Assembly: GCA_025465145.1 (NCBI GenBank)
Contig: JAODNS010000167.1
Coordinates: forward strand, 2,621 to 66,620
Origin: Frankiales bacterium
Lineage (GTDB): Bacteria > Actinomycetota > Actinomycetes > Mycobacteriales > SCTD01
DNA: 64,000 bases
Direction: 5' to 3'
The notes under the pieces were generated by a model. The model was not told where the DNA came from. It saw nothing but the letters and a program-made list of their open reading frames with translations, and searched no databases. Below, in pieces: positions 30,838 through 39,897 of this stretch. Numbering within the stretch: the first letter of the stretch is position 1; each line of letters begins with the position of its first letter. Both the position numbers and the translations under genes were made by a program.

Positions 30838-31623
30838 GTGGGCGATCCAACTCCAGTCGCGGTGATCACCGGCAGTGCCTCGGGTATCGGTCTAGAGCTC
30901 GCCCGGCTGGCCTGCCACCGCGGGATGCGGGTGGTCGTCACCAGCCGCAGCACGGACAAGGCAGCAGCCGCAGTCGCCTCGCTCGGTGCCGACACCGGCT
31001 CGGTGCTGGGCCTCGGTGCAGACCTGCGGCGCGAGGAGGAGGTGGAGAGCCTCGTCGAGCAGGTGGTCCAGCGTTTCGGTCGGATCGACCTGTGGGTCAA
31101 CAACGCGGCGGGGCTCTTCTTCGCTCCCGCACAGGACATCACGCCGAACGGCTGGCGTGCGATCGTGGACGTGAACCTCAACGCCGTCTTCCTGTGCTGC
31201 CGGGCTGTCTTCCCGGTCATGCAGCGTCAGTCCTCTGGCTGCATCGTCAACATCAGCTCCATCGCGGCCTACCGCCCGCACCCCGGGGCTGTCCACTACG
31301 CCGCCGCGAAGGCCGCCGTGAACAGCCTCACGCAGACGCTCGGCGTCGAGTGGGCACCCTACGGAATACGCGTCAACGGAGTGGCGCTGGGGCCCGTGCT
31401 GACCGCGGCATCACGCTTCAACGACCCCGACATCCGGGCCGCTATGGAGGCCGAGCAGCCGACCGGACGGATCGCTACCGCCGACGAGGTCGCCGACATT
31501 GTCCTGTCGCTGGCCGCCATCGAGAGCACCTACTTCACCGGCGAGACCGTCCAGGTCGACGGCGGGTACCGCTCGGTGCTGCGGAGCCCGCTGCCTGCGC
31601 ACCAGCAGACTGCGGGCGGCTGA
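30838..31623 (+). CDS. SDR-family oxidoreductase
   Basis: A 261-aa ORF with VAVITGSASGIGLE, NNAG and YAAAKAAV (YxxxK). Confidence 0.85.
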   Translation: MGDPTPVAVITGSASGIGLELARLACHRGMRVVVTSRSTDKAAAAVASLGADTGSVLGLGADLRREEEVESLVEQVVQRFGRIDLWVNNAAGLFFAPAQDITPNGWRAIVDVNLNAVFLCCRAVFPVMQRQSSGCIVNISSIAAYRPHPGAVHYAAAKAAVNSLTQTLGVEWAPYGIRVNGVALGPVLTAASRFNDPDIRAAMEAEQPTGRIATADEVADIVLSLAAIESTYFTGETVQVDGGYRSVLRSPLPAHQQTAGG

Positions 31624-31627
31624 GGAC

Positions 31628-32497
31628 GTGAGCGCACCTTCGAGCACGGCCGGCCTGTTCTTCGAGGACTTCCGCGTGGGGCAGACCTTCATCAGCGGGC
31701 TTCGGTCCGTCACGCAGGAGGACCTCGACGACTTCATCAGACTGAGCGGTGACGGCGGAGCCATTCATCAGGACGCCGACTACGCGCGTTCCATGGGCTT
31801 CGAAGGGCCCGTCGTGCACGGGCCGTTCGGCGTCGCCATCGTCTTCGGGCTGCTGTTCGAGCAGCGGCTCGTGGAGCCGACCGCCATCGCGATGCTGGAT
31901 CTGCAGTGGCGCTTCGTCGGCGCGGTCGTCGTCGGCGACCGACTCCGGTCGACCATGACGATCACGCGGCGCCGGCGGAGCACCAGCCGGCAGGCCGGCG
32001 TGCTCGGGCGGCACTTCATCCTTGCCAAGGAGGACGGAACCGTGGTGCAAGAGGGGTCGAGCGCCCTGCTCGTGCAGGCGCGCGACGCCGCTCCCTCGGT
32101 CGACACGGCGATCTGCACGGACTTCTGCACCGTCCCATGGGCCAGAGCCCTCGAGCCGCTGCTGCTGGCCGACGCGCGCTTCACCGCCGCCACCTCGTCG
32201 TACGACGGCACCATCGGGCTGAGCTGCGGACGCGAGACCGTTCAGCTGCGCATCTACCGCGGGCGCATCCTCGAGGTCGGCCGGTCAACGCCCTCGGGCC
32301 CGTCGTTCACGCTGCACGGCAGCGAGCTCGCCTGGACCGAGCTGGCCAGGGCTGACCGCAACGACTTCATCGCCAGGACGTCAAAGGGGGCCTTCAGCAT
32401 GAGCGGCAGTGCCTACGAGTACCTGCGCATGAACAAGGCGCTCGTCGTCCTCTGGGACGCTGTCCGCGCCCTCGCCGCGCAGGAGCCGGTCATATGA
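31628..32497 (+). CDS. MaoC-like hotdog dehydratase fused to a C-terminal SCP2-like domain
   Basis: A GTG at 31628 begins the ORF. The N-terminus is FEDFRVGQTF..VTQEDLDDFIRLSGDGGAIHQDADYARSMGFEGPVVHG (MaoC motif). The roughly 120 aa at the C-terminus (FTLHGSELAWTELARADRNDFIARTSKGAFSMSGSAYEYLRMNKAL) look SCP2-like. Confidence 0.75.
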   Translation: MSAPSSTAGLFFEDFRVGQTFISGLRSVTQEDLDDFIRLSGDGGAIHQDADYARSMGFEGPVVHGPFGVAIVFGLLFEQRLVEPTAIAMLDLQWRFVGAVVVGDRLRSTMTITRRRRSTSRQAGVLGRHFILAKEDGTVVQEGSSALLVQARDAAPSVDTAICTDFCTVPWARALEPLLLADARFTAATSSYDGTIGLSCGRETVQLRIYRGRILEVGRSTPSGPSFTLHGSELAWTELARADRNDFIARTSKGAFSMSGSAYEYLRMNKALVVLWDAVRALAAQEPVI

Positions 32498-33306
32498 TCC
32501 AGAGCCACTACCTCGAGGTCGACGGGGCGATCGGCTTCGTGGAGACCTGCGGCAGCGGGATCCCGCTGCTGTGCATCCACACCGCCGGTCAGAGCGGCGT
32601 CCAGTGGCGACAGGTCCTTCGCGAGCTGCCCGACTTGGGGTATCACGTGGTGGTCCCCGACCTGCCAGGGCACGGTCGCTCCGACAACGCCGCCGCCGGC
32701 CCTGTCGTCGACCTCTCCGAATACGCCGACTGGCTGGCCCAGCTGACCGCGGAGCTCGGCCTCGATCGTCCCCTGGTGGTCGGCTGCTCCATCGGCGGCA
32801 AGATCGCCCTGGACATCGCCGCGCGCGGGCCGATCCGCCCGCGTGCGGTGGTGGCGATGGCAGCGGACGCCTACAACCCGCAGCTCTCCGTCACCGGCCT
32901 CCAGCGCTCGCTGGAGGACGCGGCGGCGCCGAGCCGCGCGGATCGGACGTTCTTCGGAACCCTGTCCTCCGTGGGCAGGCACCTCCCCCAGGAGCAGGCC
33001 GCCGTCGTCGCCGCGATGCATCGTCGGGAGGACCCTGTCATCTCTACTTCCGACCTCATCGGATGGCGCACACACGACCTCCGGGAGCAGCTCGCCGACA
33101 TCAACTGCCCGGTCCGGCTCGTCGCCGGGGGGGACGACTTCTGGCTCGACCCGACCGCTGTGGCTTGGGCCGCGAGCCAGATCCGCGGTGCCGAGTTCGA
33201 GCTGATGGACGGCGTCGGGCACTACCCCATGGAAGAGATTCCGGAGTTCCCCCAACAGCTCCACAGGTGGTTCGGCAAGCTGCTGGCCAAGGAGAGGACG
33301 GCGTGA
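32494..33306 (+). CDS. alpha/beta-fold hydrolase
   Basis: A 270-aa ORF with LLCIHTAGQSG, PDLPGHGRS, the nucleophile elbow VVGCSIGG and a C-terminal GHYPMEE. Confidence 0.8.
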   Translation: MIQSHYLEVDGAIGFVETCGSGIPLLCIHTAGQSGVQWRQVLRELPDLGYHVVVPDLPGHGRSDNAAAGPVVDLSEYADWLAQLTAELGLDRPLVVGCSIGGKIALDIAARGPIRPRAVVAMAADAYNPQLSVTGLQRSLEDAAAPSRADRTFFGTLSSVGRHLPQEQAAVVAAMHRREDPVISTSDLIGWRTHDLREQLADINCPVRLVAGGDDFWLDPTAVAWAASQIRGAEFELMDGVGHYPMEEIPEFPQQLHRWFGKLLAKERTA

Positions 33307-33707
33307 TGACCGACGACACTGCAGGTGACACCGCCGCGCGGCTGGCCATCCACGAGTTGGTCGCCCGCTACAACATGTCGTGGGACAGCGACGACGTCGA
33401 CGGCGTCCTGTCCTGCTTCTCTGCGGACGGGGTGTTCATCGACGCCGCGGGGGGCCAGCACCGAGGGCATAGCGCCATCCGAGCCTTCGTGTCGGCCTCC
33501 CCGGCGGCCTTCGGGAAGATGCGGCACATCACCAGCAGCCACTTGGTCGAGCTGCAGGCCGGTGGTCGCGCCCGACACCGCTGCTACGTCGTCTTCGTCT
33601 CGCACCCCGAGGGTCAGCGCGTGCTCGACACCGGCGAGTACGAGGACGCCGTCGAGCTCGCCGCCGGGTCGTGGCGCTTCACGTCCAGGACCGTGACCTT
33701 CGACTGA
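33306..33707 (+). CDS. NTF2/SnoaL-like protein
   Basis: A 133-aa ORF. The sequence ARLAIHELVARYNMSWDSDDVDGVLSCFSADGVF ... SWRFTSRTVTFD is the SnoaL_4-like pattern. The ATG overlaps the upstream stop. Confidence 0.7.
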   Translation: MTDDTAGDTAARLAIHELVARYNMSWDSDDVDGVLSCFSADGVFIDAAGGQHRGHSAIRAFVSASPAAFGKMRHITSSHLVELQAGGRARHRCYVVFVSHPEGQRVLDTGEYEDAVELAAGSWRFTSRTVTFD

Positions 33708-35359
33708 TGACCGCCCCCGACACCCTCCCGGCTCTGCTCGACGACCTCGCCCAGCGTCACGGCTCAGCTCCGGCGCTCATCGAGCGATCGGGTCCTGGAA
33801 CGCGGACCTGCACCTACGCCGAGCTGCTCGCAGACAGTCTGGCCACCGCTGAGTTGCTGGCCGCCCGCGGCGTCCGTCAGGGCGACATGGTCGGCGTGTG
33901 GCTGCCGAACTGGATCGAGTCCGTCGTCCTCCAGTTCGCAGCCGCTGAACTCGGCGCCGCTGTGGTCGGCATCAACACTCGCTACGGGGTGCACGAGCTC
34001 GCGCACCTGCTGCTCGCAGCACAACCGGTCGGGATCGTCGTCCCAGCGGGCTTCCACGGCCTCGACTTCGCCGGCCGACTGCGGGAGGCGAGCGCGCAAG
34101 CGCTGTCCGCGAACGCGGGGCTCGCCCTGCCCTGGGTTGCGACGCTGCGCCGCGACAGCGAGCCGTCGGAGCTGCTCGACATCGGCGGGGGCAGTTGGCT
34201 GCTGCGGTCGGATGCGTCCACGCGGACCCCGGCGGTCAGACCGGGGCACGCACGGCCGTCCGACCTCGTCAGCTACTTCACGACCTCGGGCTCAACCGGC
34301 CAGCCCAAGCTCGCCGGCCACGACCAGGCCTCCGTGGTGACCCACTCCCTCAACGTCGCCGCCGCGTTGGACATGCGTCCCGGCGACGTCTTCCTCTCGG
34401 CTCTCCCGCTGTCCGGCGTGTTCGGCTTCAACCCGACCATGGGGATGCTGTCGGCCGGGGGGTGCTGCCTGCTGGTGCCCGTCTTCGCCGCCGACCAGGT
34501 AGCTGCCGACCTCAGCGCCTTCGGGGTCACCCACGTCGTGGGCGGCGACGACCTGCTCGGCCGGCTGATGGATGCCGCCAAGGAGCAGCCGGGCGATCTG
34601 TCCGCGCTGCGCAGGGGGGGCATCGCTGACTTCGGCGGTCGCATGCCAGACGTGATCGAGTGGGCCCAGGAGACTGCCGACGCCGAGATCAGCGGCCTCT
34701 ACGGCTCCTCCGAGCTGTTCGCGCTGACCGCGGTGTGGCAGCCAGGGCGGACGCTGTCCGAGCGCTCCCGGGGTGGCGGTCGGCTCGTCTCCCCGGATAT
34801 CTCCGTGCGAGTGGTCGCGCCTGACGGCGGCGAGCTCCCCTCGGGCCAGACCGGCGAGCTCCAGTTCCGCGGCTACAACGTGCTGGCGCGGTACCTCGGG
34901 GACCTAGGCGATCGCTCGATCCTGACGCCCGACGGCTGGTTTCGGTCCGGGGACCTCGGCCACCTGACGGACACACCCGGCGAGTTCGTGTTCACCTGCC
35001 GTGCCGGTGATGCACTGAGGCTGCGGGGTTTTCTCGTCGAGCCAGCCGAGATCGAGCGCTTTCTCGCCGGCCACCCGTCCGTCAGCCAGGCCAAGGTCGT
35101 CGGCGTCACCGACGCTTCCGGTCGCGACCACGCGGTCGCCTATGTGACGTCCAGGGACACGCCACCCGCCGAGAGCGTGACGCTGCTCGACTACTGCCGG
35201 GCCCACCTCGCTCCGTTCAAAGTGCCGAGTCGGCTGCGGGTCGTGGCCGAGTTCCCGACCACGACAGGAACCAACGGCGAGAAGATCCGCACGGCCGAGC
35301 TGCGCGCCTGGGCAGCCGAGGACCTGGGTACCCCCGCCTCCGAAGGAGCAGCACCGTGA
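33707..35359 (+). CDS. AMP-dependent acyl-CoA synthetase/ligase
   Basis: The ATG at 33707 overlaps the upstream stop. Motifs are YFTTSGSTGQPKLAGH (AMP-binding motif I), GWFRSGDLG and GEKIRTAELR. Confidence 0.85.
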   Translation: MTAPDTLPALLDDLAQRHGSAPALIERSGPGTRTCTYAELLADSLATAELLAARGVRQGDMVGVWLPNWIESVVLQFAAAELGAAVVGINTRYGVHELAHLLLAAQPVGIVVPAGFHGLDFAGRLREASAQALSANAGLALPWVATLRRDSEPSELLDIGGGSWLLRSDASTRTPAVRPGHARPSDLVSYFTTSGSTGQPKLAGHDQASVVTHSLNVAAALDMRPGDVFLSALPLSGVFGFNPTMGMLSAGGCCLLVPVFAADQVAADLSAFGVTHVVGGDDLLGRLMDAAKEQPGDLSALRRGGIADFGGRMPDVIEWAQETADAEISGLYGSSELFALTAVWQPGRTLSERSRGGGRLVSPDISVRVVAPDGGELPSGQTGELQFRGYNVLARYLGDLGDRSILTPDGWFRSGDLGHLTDTPGEFVFTCRAGDALRLRGFLVEPAEIERFLAGHPSVSQAKVVGVTDASGRDHAVAYVTSRDTPPAESVTLLDYCRAHLAPFKVPSRLRVVAEFPTTTGTNGEKIRTAELRAWAAEDLGTPASEGAAP

Positions 35360-36576
35360 CCGAGCTTCGCGACGCCGTGATCTGCACACCCCTGCGCACG
35401 CCGGTCGGGCGCTACGGAGGGGTGTTCAAAGACCTGCCCGCCCAGTTCCTCGCGGCGACCGTCCTCCGCGGCCTCATGAACAGGACCGGTCTCGATCCCC
35501 AACAGGTCGACGACGTCATCTTCGGCCAGTGCTACCCGAACGGGGAGGCTCCGGCCCTCGGTCGGGTCGCCGCACTGGACGCCGGGCTCGGCGTAGAGGT
35601 GGGCGGCTACCAGCTGGACCGTCGTTGCGGGTCCAGTCTTCAGGCCGTAGCGCTGGCGACCATGGCCGTGCAGACGGGCGCGAGCGACGTCGTCATCGCC
35701 GGAGGTGCAGAGAGCATGAGCCAAGTGGAGCTGTACTCCACCCAGGCTCGCTGGGGCGCACGCGGGGACGGCCTCATGCTGCACGACCGGCTGTCGCGGG
35801 CACGGTCGACCGCCGGCGGCGTCCACTACCCGGTCCCGGGCGGCATGCTGGAAACCGCGGAGAACCTACGGGCCGAGTACGGCATCTCCCGCGAGGAGCA
35901 GGACGAGTACGCCCTGCGCTCGCACCAGCGCGCCGTTGCGGCGCAGCAGGCAGGGGCCTTCAACGACGAGATCGTGCCGGTCGAGGTGACCGGCCGGGCT
36001 GGGACCGTCACCGTGGACACCGACGAGCATCCCCGGGCCGACACCACCCTGGCGGGCCTGGCCAAGCTGCGACCTGTGCGGGCAGCGCAGGACCCCTTGT
36101 CCACGGTCACCGCGGGCAACTCCAGCGGGCAGAACGACGCAGCCTCCGCGTGCCTGGTCACGACGCGCGAGGTGGCCCACGACCTGGGCCTGCGCCCGCT
36201 GGGCCGGATGCTCGCGTGGAGCGTCGCCGGCGTACCGCCGCGCACCATGGGCATCGGCCCGGTGCCGAGCACGGCGAAGGTACTAGGCAGGCTCGGCCTG
36301 ACGATGGCCGACATCGGCCTCATCGAGCTGAACGAGGCGTTCGCCGCACAGGTGCTGGCCTGCGCACGCGCCTGGCAGCTCGGGGAGGGGGATCAGGAGC
36401 GCCTCAACGTCAACGGCTCCGGCATCTCCCTCGGCCATCCCGTCGGCGCAACCGGCACGCGCATCCTGGCCACGCTGCTGCACGAGATGGACCGTCGCGA
36501 GGTCGAGTTCGGCCTGGAGACCATGTGCATCGGTGGCGGGCAGGGGCTGGCGGCGGTCTTCCAGCGCGTGGCCTGA
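35356..36576 (+). CDS. acetyl-CoA C-acyltransferase (degradative thiolase)
   Basis: A 406-aa ORF with QLDRRCGSSLQAV (Cys nucleophile), NLRAEYGISREEQD, NGSGISLGHPVGATG and CIGGGQGLA. Confidence 0.9.
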   Translation: MTELRDAVICTPLRTPVGRYGGVFKDLPAQFLAATVLRGLMNRTGLDPQQVDDVIFGQCYPNGEAPALGRVAALDAGLGVEVGGYQLDRRCGSSLQAVALATMAVQTGASDVVIAGGAESMSQVELYSTQARWGARGDGLMLHDRLSRARSTAGGVHYPVPGGMLETAENLRAEYGISREEQDEYALRSHQRAVAAQQAGAFNDEIVPVEVTGRAGTVTVDTDEHPRADTTLAGLAKLRPVRAAQDPLSTVTAGNSSGQNDAASACLVTTREVAHDLGLRPLGRMLAWSVAGVPPRTMGIGPVPSTAKVLGRLGLTMADIGLIELNEAFAAQVLACARAWQLGEGDQERLNVNGSGISLGHPVGATGTRILATLLHEMDRREVEFGLETMCIGGGQGLAAVFQRVA

Positions 36577-36584
36577 CCATCGCC

Positions 36585-37016
36585 CTACCCGTCCACCTTC
36601 AGCCTGCGCGAGGCGAACTTCCACTGGCCGTCGACCCGGACGAGCTCGTCGGCGTACACGCCGAAGATGGCGATCGAGTAGCCGGCGTCCGCGTCGAGGT
36701 AGGTGAGGTACGCAGATTGGGTCGCGGTGTCGCCATTGACCTCGATGATGAAGTCCGTGACCACGTGCCGGCCGTTGACACCGAAGGTGCGCAGCAGCTC
36801 CGCGAGCTCTGCGTGCCCCGAGTAGCTCCGCCCGGCGTTCGATCGCTCGAAGAAGCCGTCCTCGGTCCAGACCGCCAGGTATCCCTGCTCGTCCAGGTAG
36901 TCGAACGCGCGGTTGTACCGAGCGCTCAGCTGCTTGATCGCCTCGATGTCATCCACGGTGGTCAGATCCCCGCCGTCAGGCCGCCGTCGACAGCGAGCGA
37001 GGCTCCGGTGATCCAC
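36585..37016 (-). CDS. NTF2/SnoaL-like protein
   Basis: The sequence DDIEAIKQLSARYNRAFDYLDEQGYLAVWTEDGFF ... VDGQWKFASRRLKVDG identifies the fold. The true start may be the GTG at 36956, because the ATG at 37016 overlaps the upstream SDR by 55 nt. Confidence 0.65.
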   Translation of the reverse strand: MDHRSLARCRRRPDGGDLTTVDDIEAIKQLSARYNRAFDYLDEQGYLAVWTEDGFFERSNAGRSYSGHAELAELLRTFGVNGRHVVTDFIIEVNGDTATQSAYLTYLDADAGYSIAIFGVYADELVRVDGQWKFASRRLKVDG

Positions 37017-37729
37017 TCCGCCTCGTCGGAGGCGAAGAACACGAACGCGTTGGCGATGTCGAGCGGCGCGCCGAGGCGGCCCAGCGGATGCGCAGCAGCG
37101 GCCTCGATCCGCGCGGCGGCCGGGTCCGGCTGCTCTTGGAAGACGACCTCGGCCATCTGCGTGTCGATGTAGCCGGGCATGACGCAGTTTACCCGGATGC
37201 CGTCCTTGGCTCCGTCAAGCGCGGCGCCCATGGTCATCATGAGCACGGCGCCCTTGGTCCCGTTGTAGCCGACGTTGTTCGGCATACCGCGGTGTGACGC
37301 GACCGAGGCCTGGTTGATGATGACACCGCCGTCGCTGCTGACCAGCAGGGGCCACGCATCGCGCATCATCCGCCACACCCCCTTCACGTTGATGTCGAAG
37401 GCGACGTCCCAGGCCTGCTCCGTCACCGAGGTGGCGCTGCCCCGCATCGTCACCCCGGCGTTGTTGGCGAGGACGTCCAACCGGCCGTGCCGTCCCTCCA
37501 CGTCAGCCATGGCGGCCGCCACCGACGCGTCATCCGTGACGTCGAGGTGCACGCTCCACGCCGAGTCCGAGCACTCGGCCGCGACCCGCTTCGCGCTCTC
37601 CTCGTCGACGTCCGTCACGGCGACCAGCGCTCCTTCCCGGTCGAACCGCCGCGCGATCTCCCGTCCGATACCCGAGCCCGCTCCGGTCACGATCGCGACC
37701 TTGCCGGCGAGACGCCCCGTCATGTGCAT
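36962..37729 (-). CDS. SDR-family oxidoreductase
   Basis: A 255-aa ORF with KVAIVTGAGSGIGRE, NNAG and YNGTKGAV (YxxxK). Confidence 0.85.
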   Translation of the reverse strand: MHMTGRLAGKVAIVTGAGSGIGREIARRFDREGALVAVTDVDEESAKRVAAECSDSAWSVHLDVTDDASVAAAMADVEGRHGRLDVLANNAGVTMRGSATSVTEQAWDVAFDINVKGVWRMMRDAWPLLVSSDGGVIINQASVASHRGMPNNVGYNGTKGAVLMMTMGAALDGAKDGIRVNCVMPGYIDTQMAEVVFQEQPDPAAARIEAAAAHPLGRLGAPLDIANAFVFFASDEAEWITGASLAVDGGLTAGI

Positions 37730-37808
37730 TCCTCTCGTCTGTCAGTGCAGATGGTTCTGCGCAGGCGCGCCGGCGCGCCGGCGGCGCCGACGGCCCGAGG
37801 TGCCGAAG

Positions 37809-38480
37809 TCATGCGGTGGTTCGCGGCGCTGAGTTGCGGATGTGCGCCGCGACGAGCTGCTGAGCGCGCGCGGCATGACCTTTGGCGATGGCCTCGACGA
37901 TGCGCTGATGCTCCTCGAACGCCGCAGCGGCGCGCTGCTCCGACGCAGCGGAGCGGTACCTGGCCAACGCGAGCTGCTGCTGCGTCTCGCGGGCCCGCTG
38001 CTCGAGCAGGGGGTTGCGGGCAATGGCGAGGACGACGCCGTGCAGATCCGCCGCGGCGCCCTGCGGATACCCCGCGCCGTGGAGCGCCACCGCCGGCCGA
38101 GCGGCTTTGAGGACCTCGCGCAGCCGCTCCACGTCCTCGGGCGTACGACGTTGTGCAGCCAGCCGGCCGGCCATCCCCTCACAGGCTTCCCGGAGCTCGT
38201 ACAGCGCCTCGATCTCCGCCCGGGTGAGCTTCGGCACGTGCCATCCTTTGTTGGTGGCATGCCTGACCAGGCCCATGCTGCTGAGCTGACCGAGGGCCTC
38301 CCGGATCGGGCCCCGGCTGATCTCGAGCTCCTCCGCGATGGCCGCCTCGGACAGTCGCTGCCCTGGCACGTAGAAGCCCTGGACCAGCCTGGCCTGCAGG
38401 AGCTCCGCGGCCTGGGCGCGCAGGGAGAGGGCAGCCAGCCCGAGGCCGCCACTGCGCTCCTGCCCGGGACCGGAGGGCAT
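37809..38480 (-). CDS. GntR-family regulator, FadR subfamily
   Basis: A 223-aa ORF. The HTH is RLSEAAIAEELEISRGPIREALGQLSSMGLVRH, and the C-terminal domain is FCD-like. Confidence 0.8.
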   Translation of the reverse strand: MPSGPGQERSGGLGLAALSLRAQAAELLQARLVQGFYVPGQRLSEAAIAEELEISRGPIREALGQLSSMGLVRHATNKGWHVPKLTRAEIEALYELREACEGMAGRLAAQRRTPEDVERLREVLKAARPAVALHGAGYPQGAAADLHGVVLAIARNPLLEQRARETQQQLALARYRSAASEQRAAAAFEEHQRIVEAIAKGHAARAQQLVAAHIRNSAPRTTA

Positions 38481-38486
38481 ATCGGG

Positions 38487-39884
38487 TCAGCTGGCCGAGT
38501 CAGTCGCGGACGACAGGCGACGGAGGAGCGCACGCAGGTCCTCGGTGCCGGCGGCCGTCGGGTCGCCCAACAGCGTGTCGGCCAGGGCAGCCACGTCCTC
38601 GGTCCTGCGATCAGGCGAGACGATGCCCAGGAAGGTCTCACGCGCCGCCGCCAGGTCGCGGAACAGCAGGGTGCGGGGCAGGTCCCACGACGCGGCGGAG
38701 ATCTCTCCCCCGGCGTGCCGGACGTGCACCCGACCGTCCACGTAGTCGTAGTCGGGCTCCGGCTGCACCCGCAGGCAGTCGACCAGCCGCAGCATCGCCG
38801 GATCGTCGAGCGCCTCGTCGTAGACCTCGGCGGTGATCTCCCCGCGGAGCAAGGAGGTCGCGACGGCGAAGGCGGTGCTCGCCATCGCCTGCGCCCGCCG
38901 CTCAAACGGCCCTCGGTAAGAGGTGCCCGGGTACGAGGAGAACTCCGCGTTCTGGTGCACCACGATCTCGGTGATCGACGACGGATCATCGATCCTGCTG
39001 GAGAGCTCGCAGGCCGCCAAGGACACGGCGATGTTGTCGCCGAGGGTGGGGAAGGCCTTCTCCCACACCGTGAGGATTGTCGCCTCCTCCGGCGCGGTTG
39101 CCCAGCCGGGCGGGGGCTCCGTCCCTGCGAACGCGCGGGCGAACCCCTTGTCCCCCTCGAGGGCGGTGGGGCTTCCGACCACGCCCCCCCGGGCCAGGAG
39201 GGCAGCCACTGCGCCCCGCCATGCCGCCGAGCCGTTCTGGACCCGCCAGTCGTCCGCTCCGGTGCGTACCGGCTCGAGCGTGCCACCGGCCATGTCGGAT
39301 GCGATGCCGATGGCGCTGGCCGTCTGCTGCACGTCCAGGCCCAGGACCACGGCGCCCGCGACGGCGGCGCCCACAGGGCCCAGCGTCGGGCTGGCCCGCA
39401 GTCCGCGTGCGACGACGGCACGGCCGATCTGCTCCTCGGCGCCCAGCCAGTTCAGTGCCGCGTAGCCGGCCACGAGCCCGCGCAGCGCCGTGTCCAGTGA
39501 TGCTCCGTGCGCCTCGGCGAGACCGAGGGCGACTGGCGAGATCATTGACCCGGGATGACTCCAGGAGGTCATGTCGCAGTCGTCCTGGAAGTGCGCATGG
39601 GCGGCCACCCCGTTGCACAGGATGGCGTCGAGCATCGACAGCGCCGCGCCGTCGGCCCAGACGGTCGCAGTGTTCGCCTGCGCGTTTTCGCTGAACAGCG
39701 CCCTGGTGGCAGCCGCGGTGTTCTCCGTGCCGCCCTTGACGGCCAGCCCGAGCGCGTCCAGCAGGCACACGGCCGCCTTCGTCTGCACCTCGGGCGCCAG
39801 TCTCTTGGTCTGCATGCGCACCGCGAACTCGGCGAGGATCCGTGTCGCAGGCGCCGTCACTGGTTCACCCTCCGCTCCCGGCAA
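38487..39884 (-). CDS. MmgE/PrpD-family protein (2-methylcitrate dehydratase-like)
   Basis: A 465-aa ORF with LLDALGLAVKG, GVAAHAHFQDDCD, SWSHPGS and other PrpD-family sequence throughout. Confidence 0.85.
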   Translation of the reverse strand: MPGAEGEPVTAPATRILAEFAVRMQTKRLAPEVQTKAAVCLLDALGLAVKGGTENTAAATRALFSENAQANTATVWADGAALSMLDAILCNGVAAHAHFQDDCDMTSWSHPGSMISPVALGLAEAHGASLDTALRGLVAGYAALNWLGAEEQIGRAVVARGLRASPTLGPVGAAVAGAVVLGLDVQQTASAIGIASDMAGGTLEPVRTGADDWRVQNGSAAWRGAVAALLARGGVVGSPTALEGDKGFARAFAGTEPPPGWATAPEEATILTVWEKAFPTLGDNIAVSLAACELSSRIDDPSSITEIVVHQNAEFSSYPGTSYRGPFERRAQAMASTAFAVATSLLRGEITAEVYDEALDDPAMLRLVDCLRVQPEPDYDYVDGRVHVRHAGGEISAASWDLPRTLLFRDLAAARETFLGIVSPDRRTEDVAALADTLLGDPTAAGTEDLRALLRRLSSATDSAS

Positions 39885-39897
39885 ACCTCGACCGGCG

